Sequence record: NZ_CP043850.1
From: a plasmid
Length of the DNA: 64,000 bases
Direction: 5' to 3' (one strand)
The notes beneath the pieces are model-generated. The model saw nothing but the letters and a program-made list of their open reading frames with translations, ran no database searches and was not told where the DNA came from. The position numbers and the translations under genes were made by a program. Positions within the stretch are counted from its first letter, which is position 1, and each line of letters opens with the position of its first letter. Shown here one piece after another: positions 38,324 through 46,719 of the stretch.

Positions 38324-38941
38324 TCAGCTCCGGTTGGACTCGATCCATCCGTGGCGGCGTACGCCGGCGTCCTGCCGTGTGCCACAGTCGAGCACGGTGA
38401 ATCCCGCCGTGATCAACAGGCGGGAGAGCCCATCGACCGGCCAGTGCCACGCCGTGGTGACGGCGTGGTCGAAGGCCTCCACCTGGTTTGACGCGAAGAA
38501 GCCCAGCAGCAGTGACCCGCCAGGGCGCAGTGCCTGGTGCGCGCGCTCCAGGAGGGTAGGCATCTCCACCGGCGGCGTGTGGATGATTGAGTACCAGCCC
38601 AGGATCCCGTTGAAGGCGGCTACGGGCAGGGTCTGGAACGAGCCCGGCTCCACGCGTACCTCCGGGTGGGTTCGGTGTGCGTGGGTCACGAACTCTTCGA
38701 CCGGCTCGATGCCCGTCACCTCATGGCCCCGCGAGGCCAGGTGCGCGGTCCAGTGGGCCGGCCCGCAGCCGACGTCGGCCAGAACCCCATCCACCCGGTC
38801 GGCCCAGGCTTCGACCAGGAGCCTGTCGTCCTCGGCGACGGCGGCCATGGTCCCCAGCAGCTCCGTGTACTCGGCCGCGCGGGCGTCATAGGCGGCCGAG
38901 CTGGTGGAAAGTCCTTCCCGGGCGGCGTCGTCAGGGGTCAC
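38324..38941 (-). CDS. class I SAM-dependent methyltransferase
   Basis: 205 aa with motif I VLADVGCGPAHWTAHL and a Rossmann-fold pattern. Confidence 0.65.
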   Translation of the reverse strand: MTPDDAAREGLSTSSAAYDARAAEYTELLGTMAAVAEDDRLLVEAWADRVDGVLADVGCGPAHWTAHLASRGHEVTGIEPVEEFVTHAHRTHPEVRVEPGSFQTLPVAAFNGILGWYSIIHTPPVEMPTLLERAHQALRPGGSLLLGFFASNQVEAFDHAVTTAWHWPVDGLSRLLITAGFTVLDCGTRQDAGVRRHGWIESNRS

Positions 38942-39472
38942 CGCTGCCCCCCCCCGCCGGCGCGAGGACCTGCCAGAGCTCGTGGTCCTGCCAGCGACCG
39001 GCGATCTTCAGGTACTGCGGGGCCAGGCCGTAACGCTCGAACCCGTGGCGCTGCAGCACCCGACGCGACGCATGGTTGTGGTGCAGGATCTCAGCCTGCA
39101 CCCGGTGCAGTCCGAGCTCGCCGAAGGCGACCTCCAGGGCCTGCCCGACGGCGGCGGTCGCCACGCCGCGGCCCGTCGCCTCGCGGGCGACCCAGTAGCC
39201 GATCGAGCAGAACTGGCCGGCCCCGCGGACCACGCTGGCCAGGGTGAGACGACCGAAGATCGAGCCCACCTCGTCGGTGATGAGGTACGCGTAGGAGCGG
39301 TCCGCGGCGCGGTCACGGTCTGCCTGCTCGAGGGTCTCGCGTTGGCCGGCCTCGGTGAACCATCGGGCGGGGCGCTTCGGCTCCCACGGGGCCAGATGCT
39401 CGCGCTGCGACACGGCCAGCGCCGCGAGAGTCGGGGCGTCTGCGGGAACGGCGGGACGCAGATGGATGGTCA
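38931..39472 (-). CDS. GNAT-family acetyltransferase (RimJ/RimL-like)
   Basis: About 180 aa from MTIHLRPAVPADAPTLA (the ORF track over-extends to 39764). Motif A RGVATAAVGQALEVAF. Confidence 0.6.
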
Positions 39473-40024
39473 TGGTCGGAGTGTAAGGACCCGCCGCGGT
39501 TGGGCAGAGACGCCCGTGGGCCGCGTCAGGAGGATTCCGACGCCGCCGTCGAACTCGATGCCGGCGAAGCGCGGACCGGTCTCCAGGGTCGTGAAGCCGA
39601 GCGAGTGGTGCAACGCGAGCGATGGTGCATTGCGGGCATTCACAACGCTGTGGAGGGTGTCTCCGTGGAGCGCTCCGACGGCCTCGATCACAGCCTGCAG
39701 CAGACGGTGACCGATGCCTCGGTGGCGAAAGGCGGGATCCACGGTGAGCCCGGCAGTGAGCCACTGCGCTGGGCCTCCAGGATGCAGAGGGGTCCGGGTG
39801 GCACCAGACCAGCCCACGACCTCGGTCCCCTCGGGCAGGGCGGCCTCGGCCACGACCAGGACGGGGGCCCGGTCGAGCAACCAGTGAGCGGCCGGAGCGT
39901 GGTCCGACGGTGTGCCGCCACGGGCCGCCATGACGACCGCCAGGGCCGGGCCGTCGTCAGGACGTGCCGGACGGATCGCCACGTTCGGTTGCGGGGCGAT
40001 GTGATTCTGCGGCTGCGTGGTCAT
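39470..40024 (-). CDS. GNAT-family acetyltransferase
   Basis: 184 aa with motif A FRHRGIGHRLLQAVIEAV. Start overlaps the stop of the downstream GNAT gene. Confidence 0.65.
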   Translation of the reverse strand: MTTQPQNHIAPQPNVAIRPARPDDGPALAVVMAARGGTPSDHAPAAHWLLDRAPVLVVAEAALPEGTEVVGWSGATRTPLHPGGPAQWLTAGLTVDPAFRHRGIGHRLLQAVIEAVGALHGDTLHSVVNARNAPSLALHHSLGFTTLETGPRFAGIEFDGGVGILLTRPTGVSAQPRRVLTLRP

Positions 40025-40035
40025 GCCGAGGGAAT

Positions 40036-40515
40036 CTACGCGTGGAGCAGGATGCGCTCCACGACCTCCTCCGGGGTCTCTGCAGCCGTGATGCGGTGCT
40101 CGGCCACGAAGTCGAGGGGCTGCCAGCCGTGGTGCCAGCTGGCCATCTCCTCGGCGCTGAAGTCGCCGGCCTTGGGGCGTGTTGCGTGGCGGCGGACGGT
40201 CTCCGCGAAGGTGAGGTCGAAGGCGTAGAAGCGGGCGTCGTCGCTGGCGGCGGCGATCCGTTGGAGCATTGGCCCGTAGCGGCCGGCGTGGAAGATTCCG
40301 TCCAGGATCACGTGATGGCCCCGGGCCAGGCAGTGGCGCGCGGCCGCCTCGAGCAGGTCCGCATGGGCGAGGCTCTCCTGCTCCCGCTCGGCGTACACAT
40401 CCCGTCGGAAGTGGTCCTGGCTGAGCACGGCGACCGGACCGTCCAACTGGGATTGGAGCAGACGGGCGACGGTGGTCTTGCCGGAGGCCGCGTTGCCGCG
40501 GAGCACGACGAGCAT
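40036..40515 (-). CDS. P-loop kinase (AAA_33 / gluconokinase-chloramphenicol-phosphotransferase-like)
   Basis: 159 aa with Walker A VVLRGNAASGKTTVA at the N-terminus. Confidence 0.6.
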   Translation of the reverse strand: MLVVLRGNAASGKTTVARLLQSQLDGPVAVLSQDHFRRDVYAEREQESLAHADLLEAAARHCLARGHHVILDGIFHAGRYGPMLQRIAAASDDARFYAFDLTFAETVRRHATRPKAGDFSAEEMASWHHGWQPLDFVAEHRITAAETPEEVVERILLHA

Positions 40516-40590
40516 TCAGTGAATCTCCAGTTCTATGTGCGGTTCCGGGAGTTCGTCAATGACACCCGGGTCTACAGAGCGTCAAGCGTT

Positions 40591-40714
40591 CAGGCGCTTC
40601 CTGGCGTATGAAACATATTTGCGCGTTTCTGAAATCTTCACTGCATCTCGACAGGCGCTTCCTGGCGTATGAAACATATTTGCGCGTTTCTGAAATCTTC
40701 ACTGCATCTCGACA
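40591..40714. repeat. tandem duplication (2 x about 61 bp) of right-type TIR end (rc TGTCGAGATGCAGTGAAGATTTCAGAAACGCGCAAATATGTTTCATACGCCAGGAAGCGCCTG)
   Basis: The unit CAGGCGCTTCCTGGCGTATGAAACATATTTGCGCGTTTCTGAAATCTTCACTGCATCTCGACA occurs at 40591-40653 and again at 40652-40714. Its outer about 50 bp also occur at 58839-58897. The first ~25 nt of its reverse complement match the left-type copies. Confidence 0.7.
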
Positions 40715-40751
40715 TGGGCGATGGCGCAGGGCACAAGGGAAGGCGAGGTGG

Positions 40752-40800
40752 TGTTGTAGAGATGCAGCGAAGATTTCACACGACACGCGGTGAACCCTTC
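40752..40800. repeat. left-type TIR copy in inverted orientation relative to 40591-40714 (TTGTAGAGATGCAGCGAAGATTTCACACGACACGCGGTGAACCCTTC)
   Basis: One mismatch to the TGTCGAG terminus. Hairpin-capable GAAGATTTCAC...GTGAACCCTTC. Together with the tandem right-type copies it gives an end-to-end junction of element termini. Confidence 0.55.
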
Positions 40801-41166
40801 TCGGAGCAAAACCTTCAGCGGGGTCTGTGAAATGTACCCCTCGGCCGCCGAGAGAGTCATCAACGCCCAGGGTCAGTACATCTAGCCGACCACCCTGACC
40901 GCTGCGTCGCGGACATGTCCCAGGCGCGCGCCTGACAGTGCGCTCATGCCGGGAAGGCGATTCTGAGGCCGTGCCACCTGCCGCTCGACTTCCGCCTCAG
41001 GCACCGGGTGCAGAGGAGTCACCTCTCGTGGTCGACGGCGGGCTATCAGTCGGGGATGCTCTCGCGTGCAGCCTTGCGAATCTGTGCTGAAGCGTGCTGC
41101 GAGGCAAAGGTCAGCAGTTGAGAAACAGCTGGCGGGCGTGAAGCAGGAACTGGTGACAGCTGATCG

Positions 41167-41295
41167 TTAGTGCCGGGAGGCTGAGGATGAGTCGTTGGCG
41201 GCCGTGCATCCGGTGAGCAGGAAAGCACCGACCACGACGGTGATTGCAGCGGTTTTCGTTCCGCCGTACTTCGGGAATGGCCTGAAGTTTTTCAT
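41167..41295 (-). CDS. unannotated 42-aa lipoprotein ORF downstream of a CsoR-type operator
   Basis: Minus-strand ATG at 41295 with RBS AAGGAATCCC gives MKNFRPFPKYGGTKTAAITVVVGAFLLTGCTAANDSSSASRH* (signal peptide with lipobox LTGC). Too short for the supplied ORF track. The perfect palindrome TACCCCATAGGGGTA lies 42 bp upstream. Confidence 0.4.
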   Translation of the reverse strand: MKNFRPFPKYGGTKTAAITVVVGAFLLTGCTAANDSSSASRH

Positions 41296-41335
41296 GGGAT
41301 TCCTTCCCGTGTCTGCCCGTGGTGCCAATTGGCCT

Positions 41336-41352
41336 TACTACCCCATAGGGGT
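41336..41352. promoter_or_regulatory. CsoR-type operator (perfect palindrome TACCCCATAGGGGTA)
   Basis: Same TACCCC-N3-GGGGTA architecture as the sites at 45979, 49974 and 57070, and as the known B. subtilis CsoR operator TACCCTACGGGGGTA. Confidence 0.55.
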
Positions 41353-41415
41353 AGTGCCTACCTGCGTGACGCGGAAGCGCCCCCGCCCGGAACGAGCCCG
41401 GGAGGGGCACTGCGT

Positions 41416-42357
41416 TCAGTCGTGCTTGCTGATTTCCGGTTCATGTTCGGCAATGTGCTCGGTCTCGATCTGGAAGGTCGAGTGATGGATGGAGACCTCG
41501 AAGTGTCCTGCGACGCAATCTTTGATCTCGTGGAGCGTCTGCGCGGCACGACCGTCGGTGAAACACTCGTCCTCGACGACGACGTGGGCGGTCAGGATCG
41601 GCAGGCCGGTCGCCACAGTGGAGGCGTGCAGGTCATGGACATCTTTGACATGGTCAAGTTCGAGGATGTGCGAACGCACCTTGTCGAGGTCGAGGCCCTT
41701 GGGAGTGAACTCCATAAGGACGCCAGTGGTCTCGCGCATGAGCTTGAACGCGCGAGGCACGATCAATGCGGCGATAAGCAGTCCGGCGATGGCATCGGCC
41801 TGCATGAACCCGGTCGTGGCGATGACGATCGCCGCGATGATCACTCCGAGCGACCCGAGGGCATCATTGAGAACTTCGAGGAACGCGGCACGCATGTTGA
41901 AGTTCGAGCCGCGGCTGGAGGCGAGGATGGTGATGGCGATGATGTTCGCGACCAGGCCGATGATGCCGAATATCAGCAGTTCGCTTGCGGGCACCTCCGG
42001 CGGCTCGAACAGTCGCCGGATGCCTTCGATGGCGGCGTAGGTGCCCACCGCCAGCAGCAGTGCCGACTGTCCGAGGGCTGCGATCACTTCAATACGCCGG
42101 AACCCCCAGGTGCGCTTGGAGTTGGCGGGCTTGAGCATCAGCGTCGCGGCGATCAGTGCGACCAGCAGGCCGGACGCATCGGTAATGGCATGGGCGGTGT
42201 CGGTCAGCAATGCGAGGCTGCCGGTGATGACCGAGCCCATGGCCTGGGCAACGACGATCGTCGCGGTGATCGAGAATGCGATCCAGAGTTTCTTGCGGAA
42301 ATCTCCGGGGTGACCGGTCTCGCTGGCGGCGGGGCCGTGATTGTGTCCTGCGCCCAT
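41416..42357 (-). CDS. cation diffusion facilitator (CzcD/ZitB-like) metal efflux transporter
   Basis: About 313 aa from MGAGHNHGPAAS (His-rich N-terminus). Six TM helices with a CDF signature region and a C-terminal cytoplasmic domain. The ORF track over-extends upstream into the arsR gene. Confidence 0.8.
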   Translation of the reverse strand: MGAGHNHGPAASETGHPGDFRKKLWIAFSITATIVVAQAMGSVITGSLALLTDTAHAITDASGLLVALIAATLMLKPANSKRTWGFRRIEVIAALGQSALLLAVGTYAAIEGIRRLFEPPEVPASELLIFGIIGLVANIIAITILASSRGSNFNMRAAFLEVLNDALGSLGVIIAAIVIATTGFMQADAIAGLLIAALIVPRAFKLMRETTGVLMEFTPKGLDLDKVRSHILELDHVKDVHDLHASTVATGLPILTAHVVVEDECFTDGRAAQTLHEIKDCVAGHFEVSIHHSTFQIETEHIAEHEPEISKHD

Positions 42358-42359
42358 GT

Positions 42360-42749
42360 CTACTTCTTGTCCGTATCTGACGCGTGGTGGGTATGTGGGA
42401 GTCGCAGGTGCGTGCAGAGCAGGGCCTGCGTGCCGGTGGCATCGAGGAGGCGTTCGGCAGCGGCGATGAGGGTACGCAGGAGCTCGGACTGTGCCAGCGA
42501 GTACCAGGTGGAGCGCCCTTCCGGGCGCATCGTCGCCAGGCCGCACTCGACGAGGAAGCCGACATGCTTGCTCACCGTGGACTGGGCCAGGCCCATGTGC
42601 TCGACCAGGTCCCGGACCCGGTGCTCCCCGGAGGCGAGGTGCTGCACGATCGCTAACCTCGTCGGCTCCGCAAATGCCTGGAACAGGTGGGCGTACGCTA
42701 CCGTCGCCACTTCGTCGAGGGTTGCCCCCTTCTCTTGAATCATCGCCAT
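42360..42749 (-). CDS. ArsR/SmtB-family metal-sensing transcriptional repressor
   Basis: 129 aa with HTH LFQAFAEPTRLAIVQHLASGEHRVRDLVEHMGLAQSTVSKHVGFLVECGL. C-terminal His/Cys-containing tail (CTHLRLPHTHH). Immediately upstream of the CDF gene. Confidence 0.8.
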   Translation of the reverse strand: MAMIQEKGATLDEVATVAYAHLFQAFAEPTRLAIVQHLASGEHRVRDLVEHMGLAQSTVSKHVGFLVECGLATMRPEGRSTWYSLAQSELLRTLIAAAERLLDATGTQALLCTHLRLPHTHHASDTDKK

Positions 42750-42885
42750 AAGCCGATCATATCGCTCTAGAGCGATATTGTCGAGTGTGATATGTCGCTC
42801 CGACGCGGAATGAAGCTCAGGGGTCCCGTCGCACCCGAGGATGGGCTACCTGGGGGATGGTCGGTCGCATAGCTGCAGTGGGAAG

Positions 42886-43383
42886 CTACGCCAGCTGACC
42901 ATCGGCCCCGGTGGAGAGCAGGCGGGGTGGGGAGCCGATGTCGATGAGTCGGGTGAAGTAGTCCTGTGCGCAGGTGGCGACGACCCCCACCTGCGGGTGG
43001 CTCCTCCTCTGCCCTGGCCAGGTCAGCGCCACGGTCACCGGTGGGGCATCCTCGATGGGCAGATAGACCACCTCCGGCGCGCGGTGATTGTGCGTTGTCG
43101 CCTCTGCAGTGATGCCGATGGCGTCGCCGACAGCGATGCGGGTTAACCACTCGCCCGTGTTCGCCACCGAGATCGTGCGCGGCATGTGAGCAGTCGTACT
43201 CCACAGCTCCCCGGTGGCCGTCGGAGCGGTCGCGCAGACCGCCACCGGCCCGTCAGCGAGATCGGCTAGGGTCACCGACTCCTGCCGGGCACGGGAGTCG
43301 CTGCTCGTCACCGATACAACCAGGCGTTCGGTGAACAGCGGTAACCGCTCCAAACCCGGACCAATGGCACGTTTGGGTGGAGA
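42886..43383 (-). pseudogene. LysR-family regulator fragment (substrate-binding domain only), truncated by the IS3-family insertion
   Basis: C-terminal LysR pattern LERLPLFTERLVVSVTSSDS...VTLADLADGPVAV.... The upstream part of the ORF is encoded by the IS terminal repeat (TYGCISP from TGGGTGCATCAGTCCC). No LysR HTH on the far side of the IS. Confidence 0.55.
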
Positions 43384-43415
43384 GGGACTGATGCACCCAT
43401 AGGTGACAGCCGTCT

Positions 43416-44477
43416 TCACGCCGCGTCTGCGGGCGTGTGGTCCATGATCAACTCGTACTCGACCGGCGTCAATCGGCCCAGGCGCACCTGCCGGCGGCGG
43501 CGGTGGTAGGTCCGCTCGATCCAGGTGATGATCCCGGCCCGCAGCTCGTCCCGGGTGTCCCAGTCGCGTCGGTCCAGCACGTTCTTCTGCAGCAACGCGA
43601 AGAAGGACTCCATAGCCGCGTTGTCCCCTGCAGCACCGACCTGTCCCATGGACCCGATCAGCCCGTGGGCGGTCAGGGCGTCCTGGAATAGGGCCGAGCG
43701 GAATTGCGAGCCGCGGTCCGAGTGCACGATGCACCCGGCCACCACGTCGGTGCCTCCGCGGCGGGCCACGGCCTGCTCGAGCGCGTTCACGGCCAACGAG
43801 GCCTGCATCCGGTCGGCCATGGAGTACCCCACGATCCGTCCGGCGTAGAGATCCTTGATCGCGCAGAGGTAGAGCTTGCCCTCACCGGTGGGGTGTTCGG
43901 TGATGTCGGTCAACCACAGCCGGTTGGGCTCCTCGGCAGAGAAGTCCCGGCGGACGTGGTCATCGTGCACGGGCGGGCCTGGGCGGGTCCCGTTCTTGCC
44001 GCGCTTGGCCCCGAACGCGCAGTGCCACTGGTTCTCGTGGCAGAGCCGCCAGGCGGTACGGGCCGCCATCGGAGCGCCAGCATTCTCGGCCTCGTCGCGC
44101 AGCAGCCGGTACCCGAACTCGGGATCGTTCTGGTGGGCGTCGTGGAGGGCGTTGGCCCGGTGAGCGGCCTCCACCTCCGCGGTGGTGACAGGGTTCTGGA
44201 GCCAGCGGTAGTAGGGCTGGCGGGCGAGCTTGAGGACCCGCAAGGACACCACGACCGGGATCTGGTCGGCGGCGAGCTCGGACACGAGCGGGTACATCAT
44301 TTTTTCGGCAGGTTCGCCTGGGAGAGGTAGGCCGCGGCGCGGCGTAGGACTTCGTTCTCCTGCTCGAGCAGCCGGATCCTGCGGCGGGCTGCGCGGAGTT
44401 CTTCGGCCTCGGCCTTGGTGGGGCCGGGCTTGTTCCCAGCTTCGATCTCGGCCTGGCGCATCCAGTTCGTCAGACAA
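43416..44477 (-). CDS. IS3-family transposase OrfB (DDE integrase core), expressed as an OrfAB fusion by -1 frameshift
   Basis: DDE motifs (WLTDITEH..., HSDRGSQFRS, ...ESFFALLQKNV). Frame -1 relative to orfA through the AAAAAAT run near 44300-44312. Confidence 0.85.
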   Translation of the reverse strand: MSDELDAPGRDRSWEQARPHQGRGRRTPRSPPQDPAARAGERSPTPRRGLPLPGEPAEKMMYPLVSELAADQIPVVVSLRVLKLARQPYYRWLQNPVTTAEVEAAHRANALHDAHQNDPEFGYRLLRDEAENAGAPMAARTAWRLCHENQWHCAFGAKRGKNGTRPGPPVHDDHVRRDFSAEEPNRLWLTDITEHPTGEGKLYLCAIKDLYAGRIVGYSMADRMQASLAVNALEQAVARRGGTDVVAGCIVHSDRGSQFRSALFQDALTAHGLIGSMGQVGAAGDNAAMESFFALLQKNVLDRRDWDTRDELRAGIITWIERTYHRRRRQVRLGRLTPVEYELIMDHTPADAA

Positions 44478-44599
44478 GAGAAGCTGATCCCGAAGTCCTT
44501 CGCGATCTGCTTCAAGTGGGTGCCGGGCTCACGGTTCTGGGCGACGCGGACGACGTCATCGCGGAACTCTTGGGGGTAGGGGGCGGGCATGGTGCACAT
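44297..44599 (-). CDS. IS3-family transposase OrfA (HTH/leucine-zipper)
   Basis: 100 aa ending ...AAYLSQANLPKK* at the A-run CTGCCGAAAAAATGATG (minus strand), the typical -1 frameshift window. Confidence 0.85.
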   Translation of the reverse strand: MCTMPAPYPQEFRDDVVRVAQNREPGTHLKQIAKDFGISFSCLTNWMRQAEIEAGNKPGPTKAEAEELRAARRRIRLLEQENEVLRRAAAYLSQANLPKK

Positions 44600-44650
44600 C
44601 CTTCCCTGCGGTGTGGGAACACCACAGATCGTATGTCACCTATACGTGCA

Positions 44651-44932
44651 TCAGTCCCGTTCAAGTGAGTAGATCCTGGAACGGCCGAACTTCAGACGGA
44701 TGCCGTAGCCGCCGTTGGGTCCGTCAGGCAGAAACTCTGCCCCCAATTCTTCGAGGGCGGCCCGCACACGCTCCTGCTTCTTCTCCGACAAGTCGTGTCG
44801 CCCCTTCTCGAAGTCGCGCAACTCTTCCTTGGTCACGTTGGCTTCGCGGGCGATATATTGGGCGCTCACCTTCACGAGGATGCGCGCGGCGCGTGTCATG
44901 TCCCCGTTGGAGATGTGCTGGCTCTCCATCAC
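44651..44932 (-). CDS. XRE-like HTH protein; C-terminus and stop codon supplied by the IS3 terminal repeat
   Basis: 93-aa ORF with an HTH-like MTRAARILVKVSAQYIAREANVTKEELRDFEKG. Its last codons (...LERD*) are GAACGGGACTGA, which is the IS end GGGACTGA. Possibly 3'-truncated by the insertion. Confidence 0.35.
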   Translation of the reverse strand: MMESQHISNGDMTRAARILVKVSAQYIAREANVTKEELRDFEKGRHDLSEKKQERVRAALEELGAEFLPDGPNGGYGIRLKFGRSRIYSLERD

Positions 44933-44973
44933 TCGCCTCCTGCGACGTGTGTCCTATTGGGCTCAGCGGGAAG

Positions 44974-45047
44974 TGGAGGTGCCTACGGGATTCGAACCCG
45001 TGTAAACGGTTTTGCAGGCCGCTGCCTATCCTCTCGGCCAAGGCACC
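44974..45047 (-). tRNA. tRNA-Cys (anticodon GCA)
   Basis: Minus-strand sequence GGTGCCTTGGCCGAGAGGATAGGCAGCGGCCTGCAAAACCGTTTACACGGGTTCGAATCCCGTAGGCACCTCCA. 7-bp acceptor stem GGTGCCT/AGGCACC, T-arm ACGGG-TTCGAAT-CCCGT, anticodon loop CUGCAAA with U33-GCA, encoded CCA. Confidence 0.85.
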
Positions 45048-45062
45048 AAGTCGCCGGCGAAG

Positions 45063-45581
45063 TCAGTCGCCCGGCGTGAGGCCAGCAACCAGGTTGAAGG
45101 CGCCGGTGAGAATGTTCAGCGACACGACCCCGACGACATCAGAGATCTCACGGTCGCTGTACCCGTATCCCCGAAGCTCGTCAATCTGCTCGTCGGTGAT
45201 CGACGTAGGCTCACGGTAGACCTGGAGGCCGAGCGCGATCATCGCCGCGACCGGGCTGGTCATCGCCGTACCCTGCTGGGCGAGTGCGATCTCGTCATCG
45301 CTGACCCCGAGCGATCGTGCCGCGCTGATGTGCGAGGCCAGGCACATTCCGCATCCCTGCTTCGACTGCACGGCGATCGAAACGAGCTCGCTGACTTTAC
45401 GGTCGAGCTTGGCGCGACGCATGGCTTTGCTCAGGTCGAGATAACCGCCGAGCACCGCCGGGGAGTGCGCCATCGTCGAGACCATGTCTCCGACCTGGCC
45501 GTGCCGCTCGACGAGATCGCCGAGCAAGTCTCGTGAGGCCCCCACTGCGGTCTCAGGGGTTAATCGGGAAAAACGGGGCAT
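45063..45581 (-). CDS. carboxymuconolactone decarboxylase / AhpD-like (CMD family) protein
   Basis: About 172 aa from MPRFSRLTPE with the AhpD-like CxxxH motif (QGCGMCLASH). The ORF track over-extends 40 codons. Confidence 0.7.
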   Translation of the reverse strand: MPRFSRLTPETAVGASRDLLGDLVERHGQVGDMVSTMAHSPAVLGGYLDLSKAMRRAKLDRKVSELVSIAVQSKQGCGMCLASHISAARSLGVSDDEIALAQQGTAMTSPVAAMIALGLQVYREPTSITDEQIDELRGYGYSDREISDVVGVVSLNILTGAFNLVAGLTPGD

Positions 45582-45594
45582 GATGCCTCCTCTG

Positions 45595-45966
45595 TCAGTT
45601 CGGTCGCAAGTTCGAGGTGGGAGAACCTGCACGAGTGCGTTCCTGCTGCTGATGTTCGGCATGGAAGATCGCAGCCTCAGCCAGCGCCCCGGCATGCACA
45701 CCGTTCAATAGGTAGAAGTCGCGGGACTCGCGTCGCTGCCGACTCACGATCCCGGCCGACTCCAGGCGGTGAAGCTCGTGGGAGGTCTGGTCGACGGGAA
45801 GGTCGACGATGTCCGCCAGATGATTGGCAGAGACCTCGATGTCGCGAATGGCGAGGATCATCTTCACACTCACCAGATTCGCCAGCAACGCGAAGACTCC
45901 GACCGCCGCATTCAGATGCGGTGTGTCATACGTGGCGTGCGCGTGCTCAACCTCTTTCATAGTCAT
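45595..45966 (-). CDS. ArsR-family HTH regulator
   Basis: 123 aa with a winged HTH pattern (LHRLESAGIVSRQRRESRDFYLLN). Preceded by a CsoR-type palindrome at 45979-45995. Confidence 0.6.
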   Translation of the reverse strand: MTMKEVEHAHATYDTPHLNAAVGVFALLANLVSVKMILAIRDIEVSANHLADIVDLPVDQTSHELHRLESAGIVSRQRRESRDFYLLNGVHAGALAEAAIFHAEHQQQERTRAGSPTSNLRPN

Positions 45967-45978
45967 TAATACTACCCT

Positions 45979-45995
45979 ATACCCCTATAGGGTAT
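45979..45995. promoter_or_regulatory. CsoR-type operator-like palindrome (TACCCCTATAGGGTA) with upstream ACCCTATA half-site
   Basis: ATACCCTATACCCCTATAGGGTAT lies directly upstream of the arsR-like/CMD operon start (45966). Confidence 0.45.
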
Positions 45996-46001
45996 CAAGG
46001 G

Positions 46002-46667
46002 TTATTCAATCGATGTGACGGACTTGGAGACGCGTGGCCGGGTGCGGCGGATCGGGGTGAGGCCAGAGGCGACGGGTCCGCGCAGGAGCACGTGTCCAGT
46101 CGGGAGGGTCAACCGCGTCCAACGGCCGGCGGTTGAGATCGTGGCCCCGTTTCCTCGGCTGAGGAACCCGAAGACGTAGGCGGCGAACGCAACGCCTTGT
46201 GGCAGCGATGCGAGTGCCGTGTCCGGGGTGCCCCAGACCGTGCCCCGGATCTTGCGGACGACATCGTCGCCGGGTTTGTCGGGAAGTGCTTGGGCGACGG
46301 CCTCGATGCCGGCACGGGCGCTGCGCATCAGCGTCAGGCTGGTCACATCGGCAATAAGTCTCCACCCGTGTTGCGGGGGTTCGACGCTGGTCCAGGCGGG
46401 TGCCAGCGCGGTCTCCGGCAGCGCCAGGGTCAGGGGGTCGGCGGTCGCGGTCAGGGTGTCGACGGTGACGTCGCACTGCAGCTCGGGGTCGGAGCGGAGC
46501 GTGCGAAGGACGAGGATCGTAGGAGTGCGGTCGAGCGGGCCACGGGGCGTTAGCGCGGCTGCGGCCTGCAAGCGCACGCCATGGGCACCGGCCTGCGCGG
46601 CCCGCTGAGCGAAGGTGAGCGCGTCGCGGGCGGGCGGCGCGTCGGCGAGGATCAAGCGCGCTGGCAT
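46002..46667 (-). CDS. hypothetical protein
   Basis: 221-aa ORF with consistent minus-strand coding orientation. No recognisable motif. Confidence 0.35.
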   Translation of the reverse strand: MPARLILADAPPARDALTFAQRAAQAGAHGVRLQAAAALTPRGPLDRTPTILVLRTLRSDPELQCDVTVDTLTATADPLTLALPETALAPAWTSVEPPQHGWRLIADVTSLTLMRSARAGIEAVAQALPDKPGDDVVRKIRGTVWGTPDTALASLPQGVAFAAYVFGFLSRGNGATISTAGRWTRLTLPTGHVLLRGPVASGLTPIRRTRPRVSKSVTSIE

Positions 46668-46719
46668 CCTGAGGGTTTGTGCCCGCCGTGTCCTGGAACG
46701 CGGTGGTCAGGGGCCGGGT

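Larger units (their letters stand above)
43384..44658 (-). mobile_element. IS3-family insertion sequence (about 1.27 kb)
   Basis: Terminal IRs GGGACTGATGCACCCATAGGTGACA (43384-43408) / rc GGGACTGATGCACGTATAGGTGACA (44658-44634). OrfA and OrfB overlap with an A6 slippery run. Confidence 0.85.

Noticed and set aside
38025-38891. 288-aa + strand ORF and the 38677-39247 + strand Arg/Pro-rich ORFs
   Set aside because: They run antisense to the SAM-methyltransferase and GNAT genes. They have extreme Arg/Pro/Gly composition and no motifs.
40591-40714. Possible CRISPR array (tandem 61-bp repeats)
   Set aside because: Only two directly adjacent copies with no spacer. The unit matches a transposon-end-like sequence found singly elsewhere. 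No cas genes in the window.
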